DNA of 33,095 nucleotides, taken from Octopus sinensis. Lineage: Eukaryota. The stretch lies in contig NW_021832095.1 of assembly GCF_006345805.1 (NCBI RefSeq), forward strand, positions 1-33,095. The letters are read 5' to 3'. The position numbers were made by a program, and so were the translations under genes. Positions 21,947 through 32,765 of this stretch are shown piece after piece. The notes under the pieces are model-generated. The model did no database searches and was not told where the DNA came from. It saw only the letters and a list, made by a program, of their open reading frames with translations. How positions within the stretch are numbered: position 1 is the first letter of the stretch; every line of letters starts with the position of its first letter.

Positions 21947-22636
21947 AAAAAGGAACAGCAGCAAAGGCGCAACAGTAATATAGGAAGAAACATCTTGATC
22001 ACGGCTGCCTTGTTTGACAGTTATTCGTGGCATATTCTCCGTTATATTTCAATCAAATGTTTGTACCTGATGGTTCTTTCGTGTTATTTTGAATTCACTT
22101 TAAGACTTTTTATTGCTACACAAATCACTAAAACACCTGTGCTTTCTTTACAGTTCTTTGCTGCTTTGTACTAAAGAATCTGAGGAAACAATGAGGAAAC
22201 AATGCAATGGCATGTTTCCTGCGTTAGTCTGTTACTTTATGACTCAAGAGAGAAGATAAAATAGGGAATATCTTTACGTATTTGCGTAATTGTGTGCGTA
22301 TGCGTCTGTGTTCTCATTGTTTTGTATGAATATATGATTTTGAATATGTGATTTTTTTAGTTAATGCATGATACAAAATACATGTGTAAGCATGTAAATG
22401 TGTATGTACGTGCATGTATGTACGTCTGCTTCAATTGATTTATGCATAGTTGAAGCACATATATCTCTATTCTCAACAGTGATTTTAAAAAATTTTTTTT
22501 ATTCAATTCTTTATTTAAATGTACGTGTATGAATTCGGGTAAATATAACAAAGGCGACGTGAATATGTAAGCGCTTGCACGTGTATGTATGTGAGAGTCA
22601 GTGTCTGTCTGCCTGTATGTATGTATATATGTATGT

Positions 22637-22668
<32 letters not shown>

Positions 22669-22974
22669 TGAGTCTGTGTGTGCATATGAGCGCATGTGGA
22701 AGGGAAAAGGGGAATCTGTTCGCGCATGTGTATCATTGAATCTGTGTGTCTATGAGTGTATTTGTTGGTGTGCATATATTGGTGTTATAATGATAAATTT
22801 TCACTATGACTAAAAATAATTTATATAATCCGGCCCAGCAACAAAATTTGAATCGATTGAATTTCAACTCAAAACTGAAAGGTAGCGAAGTAAACACCAG
22901 AGCACCAAAAACATTCAGTTTTTAACTGCTATTTCTAATACGGGTAAATGAACCAAAGAGATGTTGTTTCATGG

Positions 22975-23180
22975 CCGGACTTCCAGCCAGAGATAAAAGC
23001 CAAATCACCATCAAACTAGAACCCCACTATCTTAAAAAAAGGGACACGCAAGATAATGTAGTTTTTAAATATTTTGTCCGGTCATGACCATCTCTTACAG
23101 ATGGGGTAGTCAAAGCTGGATTGCTTTTGATCATAGGTCTGTTAGGACAAAGTTGACCTGGAGCTAAAAAAAAAACAACA
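22975..23180 (+). repeat. Old dispersed repeat family (also about 1200-1290, 3670-3740, 14855-14990, 28195-28340, and 23400-23450 on minus)
   Basis: Recurring degenerate motif (T)AGAAATRGCAGCCAAATCTCCCTCAAATCACACCCTACTGTCTTAAAAA. Confidence 0.6.
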
Positions 23181-23797
23181 TACGTCTATTAACTGAAATG
23201 GTTACAAGAAATTATCCAAGAAGTTATGAAGATGATGCCTTTCTGATAGAAGCAAATTATTAGTTATCATTCCAATAAAGATTTCTTACATTCACACAAA
23301 CTCACTGATGTTGTTTGGCACAATATAGTCCTTAATTGAGCAGGCTTGGGAGTAAAGACGTTCTACACGTGATAATTAGATTTGTAAATCTAGAATTACA
23401 TTAAGTATTTTTAAGACGGTAGGGTATGATTTGAGGGAACTTGGTTTCCTTGCAGGGAAAATGTAACAGTAATCGAATTTCACACAAGTAGTACGTAAAT
23501 AGTTGTTTCGTAAGCCTTTGTGGATTTTTCACGAAGTTGAGGAGACCAAAGACTAAAGGCCTTAGTCCGACAAACCACAGATTCTAAAAAATCTCCACCA
23601 CAATTCTTTGTAATGGTAATATCGGCTTCTTCGGATTACATTTAAAGGCGCTGTATTTAATTGGAAGTATAAAATGAGATGTTATGGTATGCATACTTTG
23701 TTATAGACGATAGATCATCTTTGGTGTAATTGGCAACGTGCAAAGATGTGATTCTATTCCCACAGTAGGAAGGGTAGGGGAAGGGGACAGGGACAAA

Positions 23798-23960
23798 GAC
23801 ATGGCCATTTGTTTAATAAATTCGCTTTCCAATCGTGGCTCCTGGGTTCGATCTCTCTCAGAAGCACCTTGATGCATGTCTCTTTCACTATTGCCTTGGG
23901 GTGACCCAGGTCTTGTGAGTGAAATAAGGAAAACGAAAATTGTGTAGAGGCTCGTTGGAT
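23798..23960 (+). mobile_element. Degenerate SINE family B
   Basis: GGGTTCGATCTC B-box, GCACCTTG, CTTGTGAGTG collinear with family B. Confidence 0.6.
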
Positions 23961-24899
23961 AGACTGTAGCTGTATTCAAAGTGTTGGGTTTGTTGTACAC
24001 TGTGTCACACCGATGCTGTTAAGGGCTTGTACTAAGTACATAAGTGAAACGCCCACATATTTATACATTCATTAAATGAATAGGTTGTTTGGTTGTTTGA
24101 ATAACCGAATGCCGGGTGTTAAAACTGAAAGAAGATCCAGCAAGTGAATAAGAAACGAAAACAAGCTGAGTGATGATGTTCGTCCCGGGGTGATGATGTT
24201 TGTCTTAGTTAGAAGACGAAGGACAGTATCCATCAGGCTTCTCAATGCCTGCGACACCGGTTAGAGGAAGCGAGTTGTTCTAATATCGAGGACCTTACCC
24301 GAATGTTTGCAACAGCATGAACCCTGCCAAAAGTACCCAAGGACACCAGTTGGTGGCGTTAAACTGAGAAGTTAAGTCTGCCATCCTCTTTACTCCACGA
24401 TACTCTTTATAATTATTTCCTACAATAATCGATTTCATCAGGTACACGATTCAGATTTATAAACGAGGGAGGTGTTCTAATATGACTGCTACCAAAATAC
24501 GAATACAGCGTGGATTATGAATGAATAAACGGATTCATATTAATGTGTATTTAATCCCACTGCGAAATTATACCCTTGGTGTGAAAATGACACCGTATAT
24601 TTACCAATCTGTGATCAACGCTTTATTAGTAATCAAACAATTATAGTAGAAACGTCACCTTGGTACCAATGTGCACATGTAAGCAAAAATTGTGCAACTC
24701 TGGCATACATTTTAATAAATAGCATTTCGCTATGTTGCCTTGGCATCTTGAGAAGAAGAGGTGAATGAATGCTGATGAGTAGTTACATCACAACGAAACC
24801 ATCCGATTCGATATTTACTCCAAGCTATCGAAGAAAATAAAACCTGGAATCTAAGAAAACATGTAAATTGCAAGAAAATCTAAAAGAGTTGGGTTATCG

Positions 24900-25395
24900 T
24901 AAAGGCTGAGCAAATCTGACGCTTTGGACACAGGTCTTTTGCCGGAATACTGAAGAAGTCCTCGAACGATTGTTTCGCAGTGAGACTAAATACAATGAAC
25001 ACAACTCCGTGTTTTATTTACTATGCGATTACGACAGGTTCTAATCTTTAGTGAGGTATGTAAAATAAATCGGCTTCAAGATTCGAGCCCTACTTACATA
25101 TACTTGATGGAAACATAGTTCTAGGCAAGGGTATTTGACGTAAGTAACTACCTGAAGTATATTTGCACGCGTATAGGATGATATGACAATCTTTGTGAAC
25201 ATTTCAAGAGTCCGAAAATCCCATAGCTACGACGAATTCTTCAGAACGTCGAGTGTAGTTATGGGGTCTACGAACTCAGTCAAGGTTGCAGATTTGGGTT
25301 TTTTTTTATATACTTTACAAACTAAAGAACTTCTAGAAACTGAGGTGGGGTATATGGACTTTATAGGGATAACACTTTCTTACCCACTTCCGTAA
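24900..25395 (+). pseudogene. Highly decayed L1/Tx1-like reverse transcriptase
   Basis: Correctly ordered relics across frameshifts: GHRSFAGILKK, LRQV..FS, FEP/LL, AY/DDMTIFVN, GS.N..K, FIGITL. Confidence 0.45.
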
Positions 25396-25559
25396 TTGGA
25401 AAGACTGAGAAAACCTCTCCATACTTTCTTCGTGAAATTCTGTCCCTCTTTATCTTTCAAAAGGTGTAGTAAAGGGCTGACTTTTTGGATGCTATACTAG
25501 ATTTAGATACGAAATTTTACTCCCCATACCATACAGCCAATCGGAATCTTCACTACGTA

Positions 25560-25587
25560 CATGTGTGTGTATATGTGTGTGTACATG

Positions 25588-25618
<31 letters not shown>

Positions 25619-25949
25619 TGTGTGTGTGTGTGTGCGCGTGTGTGTGTGTGTATGTATGCATGTATGTATGTATGCATGTATGTATGCATGCATGTATATA
25701 TATATGTATATATATATATACATGCATACACATATATATACATGCACGTATGTATATATATATATATATGTACATGTATGTATAAATATATATATATGTA
25801 TATATGTAAATATGTGTATTCCTTTGTATATGTATATATAAGTATATATATGGATATATATGGATATATATATATATATGGAGATATATATATATATATG
25901 TATATGTATATATGTATATATATATATATACTATATATAATATATATAG

Positions 25950-25984
<35 letters not shown>

Positions 25985-26048
25985 ATATATATATATATAT
26001 ATATATACTATATATATATAATATATTATATATATATATATATATATA
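25560..26048. repeat. (TG)n/(TATG)n/(TA)n compound microsatellite
   Basis: Directly visible. Confidence 0.95.
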
Positions 26049-26426
26049 AGGGATATGGATATGTAAATATATTATTCCGTAAAGAACGTTCTTTTATGTT
26101 TTTCTTTAAAATTGTTTGCTACTCTTTTCTGTTAAAGGTTAACTGTACTAAAGGTGTTTACCGAAAGGATAACTTTTCAGTTGACATGAAATTCCTAGCG
26201 CCTATCTTGTTTAAGTGTTAAAATCAGTTTAGGCTGAATAAGTGAATGCACTTGACAAGATACTTATTGACACCAGAGCAGATGTTAAACGAAAAGGGAA
26301 AAGTGGAGAGAAAGAGAGAAACGGAGTGAGAGAGAACGTCGCTTCAGAACCATCATGCTTCCAGAAGCTATTTATGTAAGCTAAAAGGCTGAGAAATGCG
26401 ATGTCGAAACAGAAGAATATGAAGTA

Positions 26427-26805
26427 CTAGCAGTATCGCCCGGCGTTGCTCAGGTTTGTAAGGGAAATAACTATAAAGCATTTTTAGAGAGTTATAGCCA
26501 AAAAATACCAAAAAAACGGGAAAAATTATGGTAAATTTTTTTTGATAGTTAAAAAGGGTGGAGTTGCGTCACCTACAAAAGTTTGTGGTTTGTGTTCCTG
26601 ATTCTCGACCCCATGTCGAATTATCGATTTTTTTCAGAACTGGGGGAACTTTTCAAAATTTTCGCTGCGTTAGTTTTGAATTTGACATTGGGCTAGTGTG
26701 TGTCAGTTTCATCAGAATCGGATAAAAGCCGTGGTCAGGTGAGGGTACAAGCAAACAGACACACAGAAACACGCACAGACAAACTGCCGTTTATATAGAG
26801 AGAGA
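26427..26805 (-). mobile_element. Non-autonomous Helitron
   Basis: Minus strand starts A|TC, ends CTAG|T, with subterminal imperfect hairpin CCTGAGCAACGCCGGG about 12 nt from the 3' end; no TSD. Confidence 0.8.
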
Positions 26806-27068
26806 TAATTTCCAATAGTCTTTCAGTATTTATTCTAGCACATCAGTTTCGCTATGTCACTTGAGAATCGGACTATATACATGTCACCTGCTGAGTGACT
26901 GCGTTATCAATTATGCCAGGACGCCCTAACGTATATAGCAAAGTGTGAATGTCACAACATCCCATTTAAACCTCTACTAAAATCTTGATATCTTGATATG
27001 ATTTTATTGAAATGTGTTTCACTTCATTGGTTTTCACTTATTTTTCTTTCTAGTTCTCTATCTGTCCC

Positions 27069-27072
<4 letters not shown>

Positions 27073-27146
<74 letters not shown>
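27073..27146. repeat. (CT)n microsatellite
   Basis: Directly visible. Confidence 0.95.
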
Positions 27147-27208
27147 ACCTCACACTTTCGACGTATGCAAATGAAGCTATGATGTTCATTTCATCCTCCA
27201 TTGGTATT

Positions 27209-27401
27209 GGTTTCAAATTTTGGAACAAGGCCAGCAAGTTCGGGGACAAGGATAAGTCAATTACCTTGATCCCGGTACTCATCTGGTACATATTTTATCG
27301 ACACCGAAAGAGATGAAACGCAAAGTCGATCTCGACGGAATTTGAACTCAGAACATAAGGGACGGACGAAATGCCACTGAGCTATCTGCCAGCTCGCCGC
27401 T
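27209..27401 (-). mobile_element. SINE family A with tail 3, aged 20-bp TSD
   Basis: Head (internally deleted), core, tail GGCCTTGTTCCAAAATTTGAAACC. Flanks TTTCATCCTCCATTGGTATT (27189-27208) and TTTCATCCTTCAATGATATT (27402-27421) are 17/20 identical. Confidence 0.85.
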
Positions 27402-27580
27402 TTTCATCCTTCAATGATATTAGCTTATAATAACTACAGCTAAACTTTTAAACTAAGTGGAAGGTGCAGATCATGGATAGTTTAGTTTTCACATTGAGAT
27501 ACTTGCAATAGAAGGACTTTCGTCAGTCTCTTCCAAGGAGACAAACACACATTCAAAAATTCATGTCAGGGAAAGACATA

Positions 27581-27797
27581 AGGAGAGGAGCTTTCTCCGT
27601 CCGGGTTGCGGATCCGTGGAACAAGCTGCCAGACGAGATGGTGAAGATGCCGACGACCGCTTTGTTCAAAGCCTCCCTTGACCTCAAGTGGCCTGAACTC
27701 TTTACATGAACACCACCCTGTACTTAACTCCATGTCCCCCTACATGGCCTTGCTATTTGCTTTTGAACCAAATTAACTAACTAACTAACTAACTAAC
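27581..27797 (+). mobile_element. CR1-group LINE 3' end with (CTAA)n tail
   Basis: RRGAFSVRVADPWNKLPDEMVKMPTTALFKASLDLKWPELFT* (27581-27709) fits the FS.RV...WN.LP.....FK..LD C-terminal motif of CR1/L2 ORF2; short 3' UTR; tandem CTAA tail. Confidence 0.88.
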
Positions 27798-27864
27798 ATA
27801 TCTCACCCTCTCTAGTAATTATTAAAACTAAAAGTCAGTCGATACCACTAGAGATATTCTGCAC

Positions 27865-28179
27865 CAGGCCTAGCCAACTCGAATTACATTGCGGGCCTCT
27901 TTAATCACAGAAAGTTTTTTGAGGGCCGCTTGTATACTGCCAAAATTGAAAGCATTTTACTTTCTCGTGCTGTTATTACAATAATAAAGGAATGATCGTT
28001 GGTTCAACATGAAATATTATCCTTATTCTTTTTTTACTTTTCCTTACAATCTTTAATTTTAAAAAAAATTATTTTAATGTTTGTTTAAATAAACCAATTT
28101 CAAGAAAGTATCAAGCGGGCCGCAAGATAAAAGTCTGCGAGCCGCATGCAGCCCGCGGGCCTCTGGTTGGCCAGCCCTG
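27865..28179. mobile_element. hAT-superfamily MITE
   Basis: TIRs CAGGCCTAGCCAAC / GTTGGCCAGCCCTG; 8-bp TSD TTCTGCAC (27857-64) / TTCTACAC (28180-87); subterminal GCGGGCC motifs. Confidence 0.88.
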
Positions 28180-28391
28180 TTCTACACGGTCAAAAGAGCT
28201 GCTGGAAATAGCACCGAAATCTCCCCTCAATCACATCCAACTGTTTTAAAAGAATGATACATCGGCCATTGTATTTCTAACTAATGACTGTAAATTAAAA
28301 ACAAAAAATGGCAGGATGATCCTGGCTGTTACGCCAAACAAGAAGATGCCTGCACAGTAATTTTCTTAAAATGGCATAAATAAAGTTGGTT

Positions 28392-28607
28392 ATAATCCTT
28401 TCTACTATAGGCACAAGGCCTGAAAGTTTAGGGAGGGGTCTAGTCGATTACATCAACCCCAGTGTTTCACTGGTACTTAATGTATCGACCCTGAAAGGAT
28501 GAAAGACAAAGTTGATCTCTGTAGAATTTGAACTCAGAGCGTAGCGGCAGACGAAAAACCACTAAGCATTTTACCTGGGGTGCTAACGATTCTGCCAGCT
28601 CACCACC
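28392..28607 (-). mobile_element. Full-length SINE family A with tail 2
   Basis: Head, core and tail CAGGCCTTGTGCCTATAGTAGAAAGGATTAT on the minus strand. Confidence 0.88.
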
Positions 28608-28719
28608 GTCTTAATAAGATTCGTCATAATCAGTGTGATTGTTATCTGGTGTTTACTATATTTTCCTCTCTATCAGAAGTTCGTCTTTTGTCCTTCAGCT
28701 TTTCCTTCCGCAACCTTTC

Positions 28720-28776
<57 letters not shown>

Positions 28777-28780
28777 GATT

Positions 28781-28987
28781 GCGAGCTGAAAGAATCGTTA
28801 GCACACTGGACGACATGCTTAGCGGCATTTTGTCCGTCTTTACATTCTGAATTCGAATTCCGTAGAGGTCGACTTTGCCTGTCATCATTTCGAGGTCGAT
28901 AAATTAAGTACCAGTGAAACACTAGGATCGATGTAATCTATTTAGGCCCGACACCCAAAATTACTAGCCTTGTGCCAAAATTTGAAA
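28781..28987 (+). mobile_element. SINE family A with tail 3 followed by long (ATT)n
   Basis: Head, core, tail AGCCTTGTGCCAAAATTTGAAA. Confidence 0.88.
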
Positions 28988-28988
28988 A

Positions 28989-29042
<54 letters not shown>

Positions 29043-29084
29043 TATTATTATTACTATTATTATTATTACTATTATTATTATTAC

Positions 29085-29147
<63 letters not shown>

Positions 29148-29152
29148 TACTA

Positions 29153-29204
<52 letters not shown>

Positions 29205-29425
29205 CATAATTATCATCATCATCATCATCATCATCATCATTATTATTATTATTATTATTAACCTTGTTGCTATTGTTATTGTTGTTTTTGTTGTTGTTGT
29301 TGTTGTTGTCATTGCTCTTGTTGTTGTTGTTGTTGGTCTTAGTGTTGTTTCTATTGTCGTTAGCGTTCATACAGTTTGCTGTCGTCCTTGATGCTGCTAC
29401 TGCTGCTGCTGCTGTTGTTGTTGTT
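28988..29425. repeat. (TAT)n-(CAT)n-(TGT)n-(TGC)n trinucleotide array
   Basis: Directly visible. Confidence 0.92.
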
Positions 29426-29802
29426 ATACTATTTCAAGTACAACAATAGCACGGTCAAGGAATGTTTTGTCCGTGTCGTTTTGCTTTATTATCGTGCACG
29501 AAACGGCTCCGTTTGACAGCCAGTAGTTTGCCGATAGATTTTGTCAGCTTAATTATGATCCGGCCTGATAAAAGCTGATAAAATTTGACGCGGTTTAAGG
29601 AATTAAGAAGAGTAAAAGCAGAAATGAAAGGAGGGAAAATAACGCACACGTACACATACATACATACATGCACGCGTACACACACGCATACATACACATA
29701 TTACGTACGTGTACACACCTATAGACATGCACATACACCACACAGAAAATGTAAGAGAATGATTAAAATGGAGAAAGCAATGGAGAAATAATTTCAAACG
29801 GC

Positions 29803-29932
29803 GAGATAGATAGACAGATAGATAGATCGATAGATAGAGACAGACAGACAGACAGACAGCAGAGAGAAAGACAGATAGACAACAGATGATAGATAGATAG
29901 ATAATAGATGGATAGATAGATAGATAGATAGA

Positions 29933-29964
<32 letters not shown>

Positions 29965-30131
29965 GGAGATAATAGATAGATAGATAGATATATGATAGAT
30001 AGATAGATGATAGATAGATAGATAGATAGATAGATGCTAGATAGATAGATAGATAGATAGGTAGAATAGATAGATAGATAGGTTGATAGACAGACAGACA
30101 GACAGATAGAGATAGATAGATAATAACAGCC

Positions 30132-30173
<42 letters not shown>

Positions 30174-30182
30174 CAGACAGAC

Positions 30183-30239
<57 letters not shown>

Positions 30240-30240
30240 C

Positions 30241-30272
<32 letters not shown>

Positions 30273-30322
30273 GCATACATACATACAGACAGACAGAGAG
30301 ACAGACAGACAGACAGATAGAT
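29803..30322. repeat. (GATA)n/(GACA)n array
   Basis: Directly visible. Confidence 0.95.
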
Positions 30323-32260
30323 AAGTTTCTTTATTGGCCACACAGGGCTGCACACAGATGGGACACATTACAAGGTAGAGCTTTTCTTTTGGGGGATGAA
30401 AAAAAAATGGTGGCGTAGGTTTCCGATCAAAAGGGATCGTAAAAGGGAAAAAAGAAAGAAAGAAAAAAAAGGAAAAGAATCAAAAGAAAAGAAAAAAGAA
30501 AAAAGAAGAAAAAGGAGGAAAAAAGGGGAAGATGTAAAAAAACGATCAATAGGGAACCTTGTATCACAGTGTCATGATGTACGGTGTAAAGGGGGAAGCA
30601 GATAAGGTTTATCCGTGGGAAGAAAAGCCTACGAAAAAGACCACGGTAACCTCGGTCAATATTGTTATATGTTACCACATTTGTTTGCAAGTGGGTAACC
30701 CTCTGTTTTCAATTTCTGGGTTCATAGGATTATGCTCAAGGTGGCTTCGTCATTCATACGTGCCATCCTTGCTACATTCAACCATTTTTTTTTTAAACAT
30801 TCGCTAGACAAAACTTGCCTCTCTACTCTCACTTTCCTTTGAAGAAGTTGAGAGATTAACCAGAGAGGAAAGTGTTTGTCTCCAATCCTTTCAGATGCGT
30901 CCACCAGATACATTCTTTCGCCATAGCCACAAGGATGATGAAAATAGCTCTTCCTTCCCGTTTGAAGGAAGGAGGCGTGACAATATTGACGATAGACTCA
31001 GCTGATAAACCGACTCGTCCCACACGTGACAGCAGTTGTTCGGCATAAGCCCACAGGTCGGAAATTGTTGGACACTGCACGAGTGCGTGCAGAACGGTTT
31101 CGTCGCTCTGACCGCATCTCGGGCAGGTCGGCCCCGTGTTTCTCGAGCCGTGTCTGTAGAGCTTATCCCGAACGGGTAGCGCTTCTCGGTAGCCTTGCCA
31201 GACCAGGGATCTCTGGAAGTTGTCCATGGGCCCTGGCCCGAAAGTCGTCCCGAACAGGCAGGTCAGGTATTCCTCGTCGACGTCCAGGTTCGCCCCGAGC
31301 TCGTCGTCGTACCTCCCCTCCACTAATCCCCTATAGAATGCTTGGGTTGTGATGGAGTCACTCAGGGTCGACCCGGGACGGCAGAGTTGCTTGAGAGCAA
31401 CGTGACACTCGCGGTGCCATTCGCCCTTCCTCGGCCTCTTTTTGATCCACGACTGCACTTCGGTCATAGAGACTAGCTGCGGGAAAGCGTGCCTCACAAA
31501 CAGCAACCACACCTGTTCACCGTCGTCTACGAAGAGCCTGAGATGTCGCAGTCTCAGAGCGTGTCTGCGCATTATCAACCACGGCATGCCCAGTCCTCCT
31601 TTTAACGGGTGTTGACAGCAAATGGATCGCCTGACCATCGGGACGCATCCTTTCCACAAGAAGCGAAAGAGAATGCGTTCTAGTTGGGTGATGGTAGGGT
31701 CGGGACAAGGCACGACAGTCAGGCGGTAGTAGATGACGGACGCGATGTACGTGTTCGCCACCTCCGCCGGACCTTTTAGGGACAGTTTCCTCTCGGCCCA
31801 TTGCCGGGCGAGAGTGACCACCCTTCTCGTTATCTCGTTCCAGTTCTTCTCCATTTGGAGGTCCGGACCGAACCAGACCCCAAGCAACTCGACCGGACCG
31901 TCGGTCCAGCGTCCCACGACGAAGTCGCTGGTGGACGGCATGAGCTTGTTTCTCCAGGTGCCTAGTCGCAAGCCCACTGACTTTTCCCGGTTGATTTTCG
32001 CTCCTGTCACCGCTTCGTAGTTTTTCAGTGTCTCACCGACCTTCTCGATGTGCTCGTGGCTAGACACTATGACGGTGATGTCGTCCGCGTATGCAGACAC
32101 GCTCGTCCCGCATCCCAGTTCTCGCGGGATGCCCCTCAGAGTTGCCAGCTTCCGCAATAATGGCTCGAGATTCAATACGTATAGAAGCGAACGTGCGATG
32201 TCGAAAGGTCTCGACAGATGTCCATTTACGCGAATTACCGAACGGGTGCCTCTGTACAAA
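30323..32260 (-). mobile_element. 5'-truncated Tx1/L1-clade non-LTR retrotransposon
   Basis: ORF2 C-terminal half plus a pyrimidine-rich 3' UTR ending GCCCTGTGTGGCCAATAAAGAAACT; bounded by (GATA/GACA)n and (GGTA)n. Confidence 0.93.
30722..32259 (-). pseudogene. Tx1/L1-type ORF2 remnant (RT domains 4-7, thumb, zinc knuckle)
   Basis: LLYVLNLEPLL, SAYADDITV (YADD at 32080-32091), YEAVTGAKINREKS, LLGVWFG, LSLKG, GGLGMP, CPRCGQSDETVLHALVQC. Stop/frameshift near 30856, after which ERQVLS..KKW continues to 30722. The QG motif is missing. Confidence 0.92.
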
Positions 32261-32324
32261 GGTAGGTGGTAGGTAGGTAGGTAGGTAGGTAGGTAGGTAG
32301 GTAGGTAGGTAGGTAGGTAGGTAG
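32261..32324. repeat. (GGTA)n microsatellite
   Basis: Directly visible. Confidence 0.95.
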
Positions 32325-32765
32325 GGAAAACATAAACATAACCGAGAGTTGGTAAAACTTAAAGATTGATTGGAACAAAAAAATAACATTGAAAGTGAAA
32401 GGAGAGGGAAAGGAAGGAAATAATGAAAAAATATTGGGAGAAAATAGGGGATTGAAGGAAGAAATGAGTAGAATAAGGAAAATGAGTAAAAGAAGGAAGA
32501 ATGGAAAATTAGAATGAAGAAAATAATAAATGACAATTACATTGGTGTTCCCGTTGCTTTCCTCTGTATCTGTCTAGCTAATTCTCTAAATATTTATCTA
32601 TCTACCTATCTTCTGTCTCTGTCTGTCTGTCTGTGTGCGTGCGTGCGTGTGCACGTTTGGTCTTTCAAGTTTTTCTCATTTTATTGTAATTCATTAATTC
32701 CATAAATCGCTTCATGATTCATGGGCTTTTGTTAGAAAGAAGAAGAAAAGAAGAACAACAACAAG

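Noticed and set aside
24170-24367. Two GTGATGA C-box-like motifs (snoRNA) and a minus-strand exon candidate at 24299-24363
   Set aside because: No suitably placed D box or terminal stem; the motifs are a local 20-bp duplication; the exon peptide is unrecognised.
31026-32276. Plus-strand and alternate-frame ORFs overlapping the Tx1 ORF2
   Set aside because: Shadow ORFs of GC-rich coding sequence.
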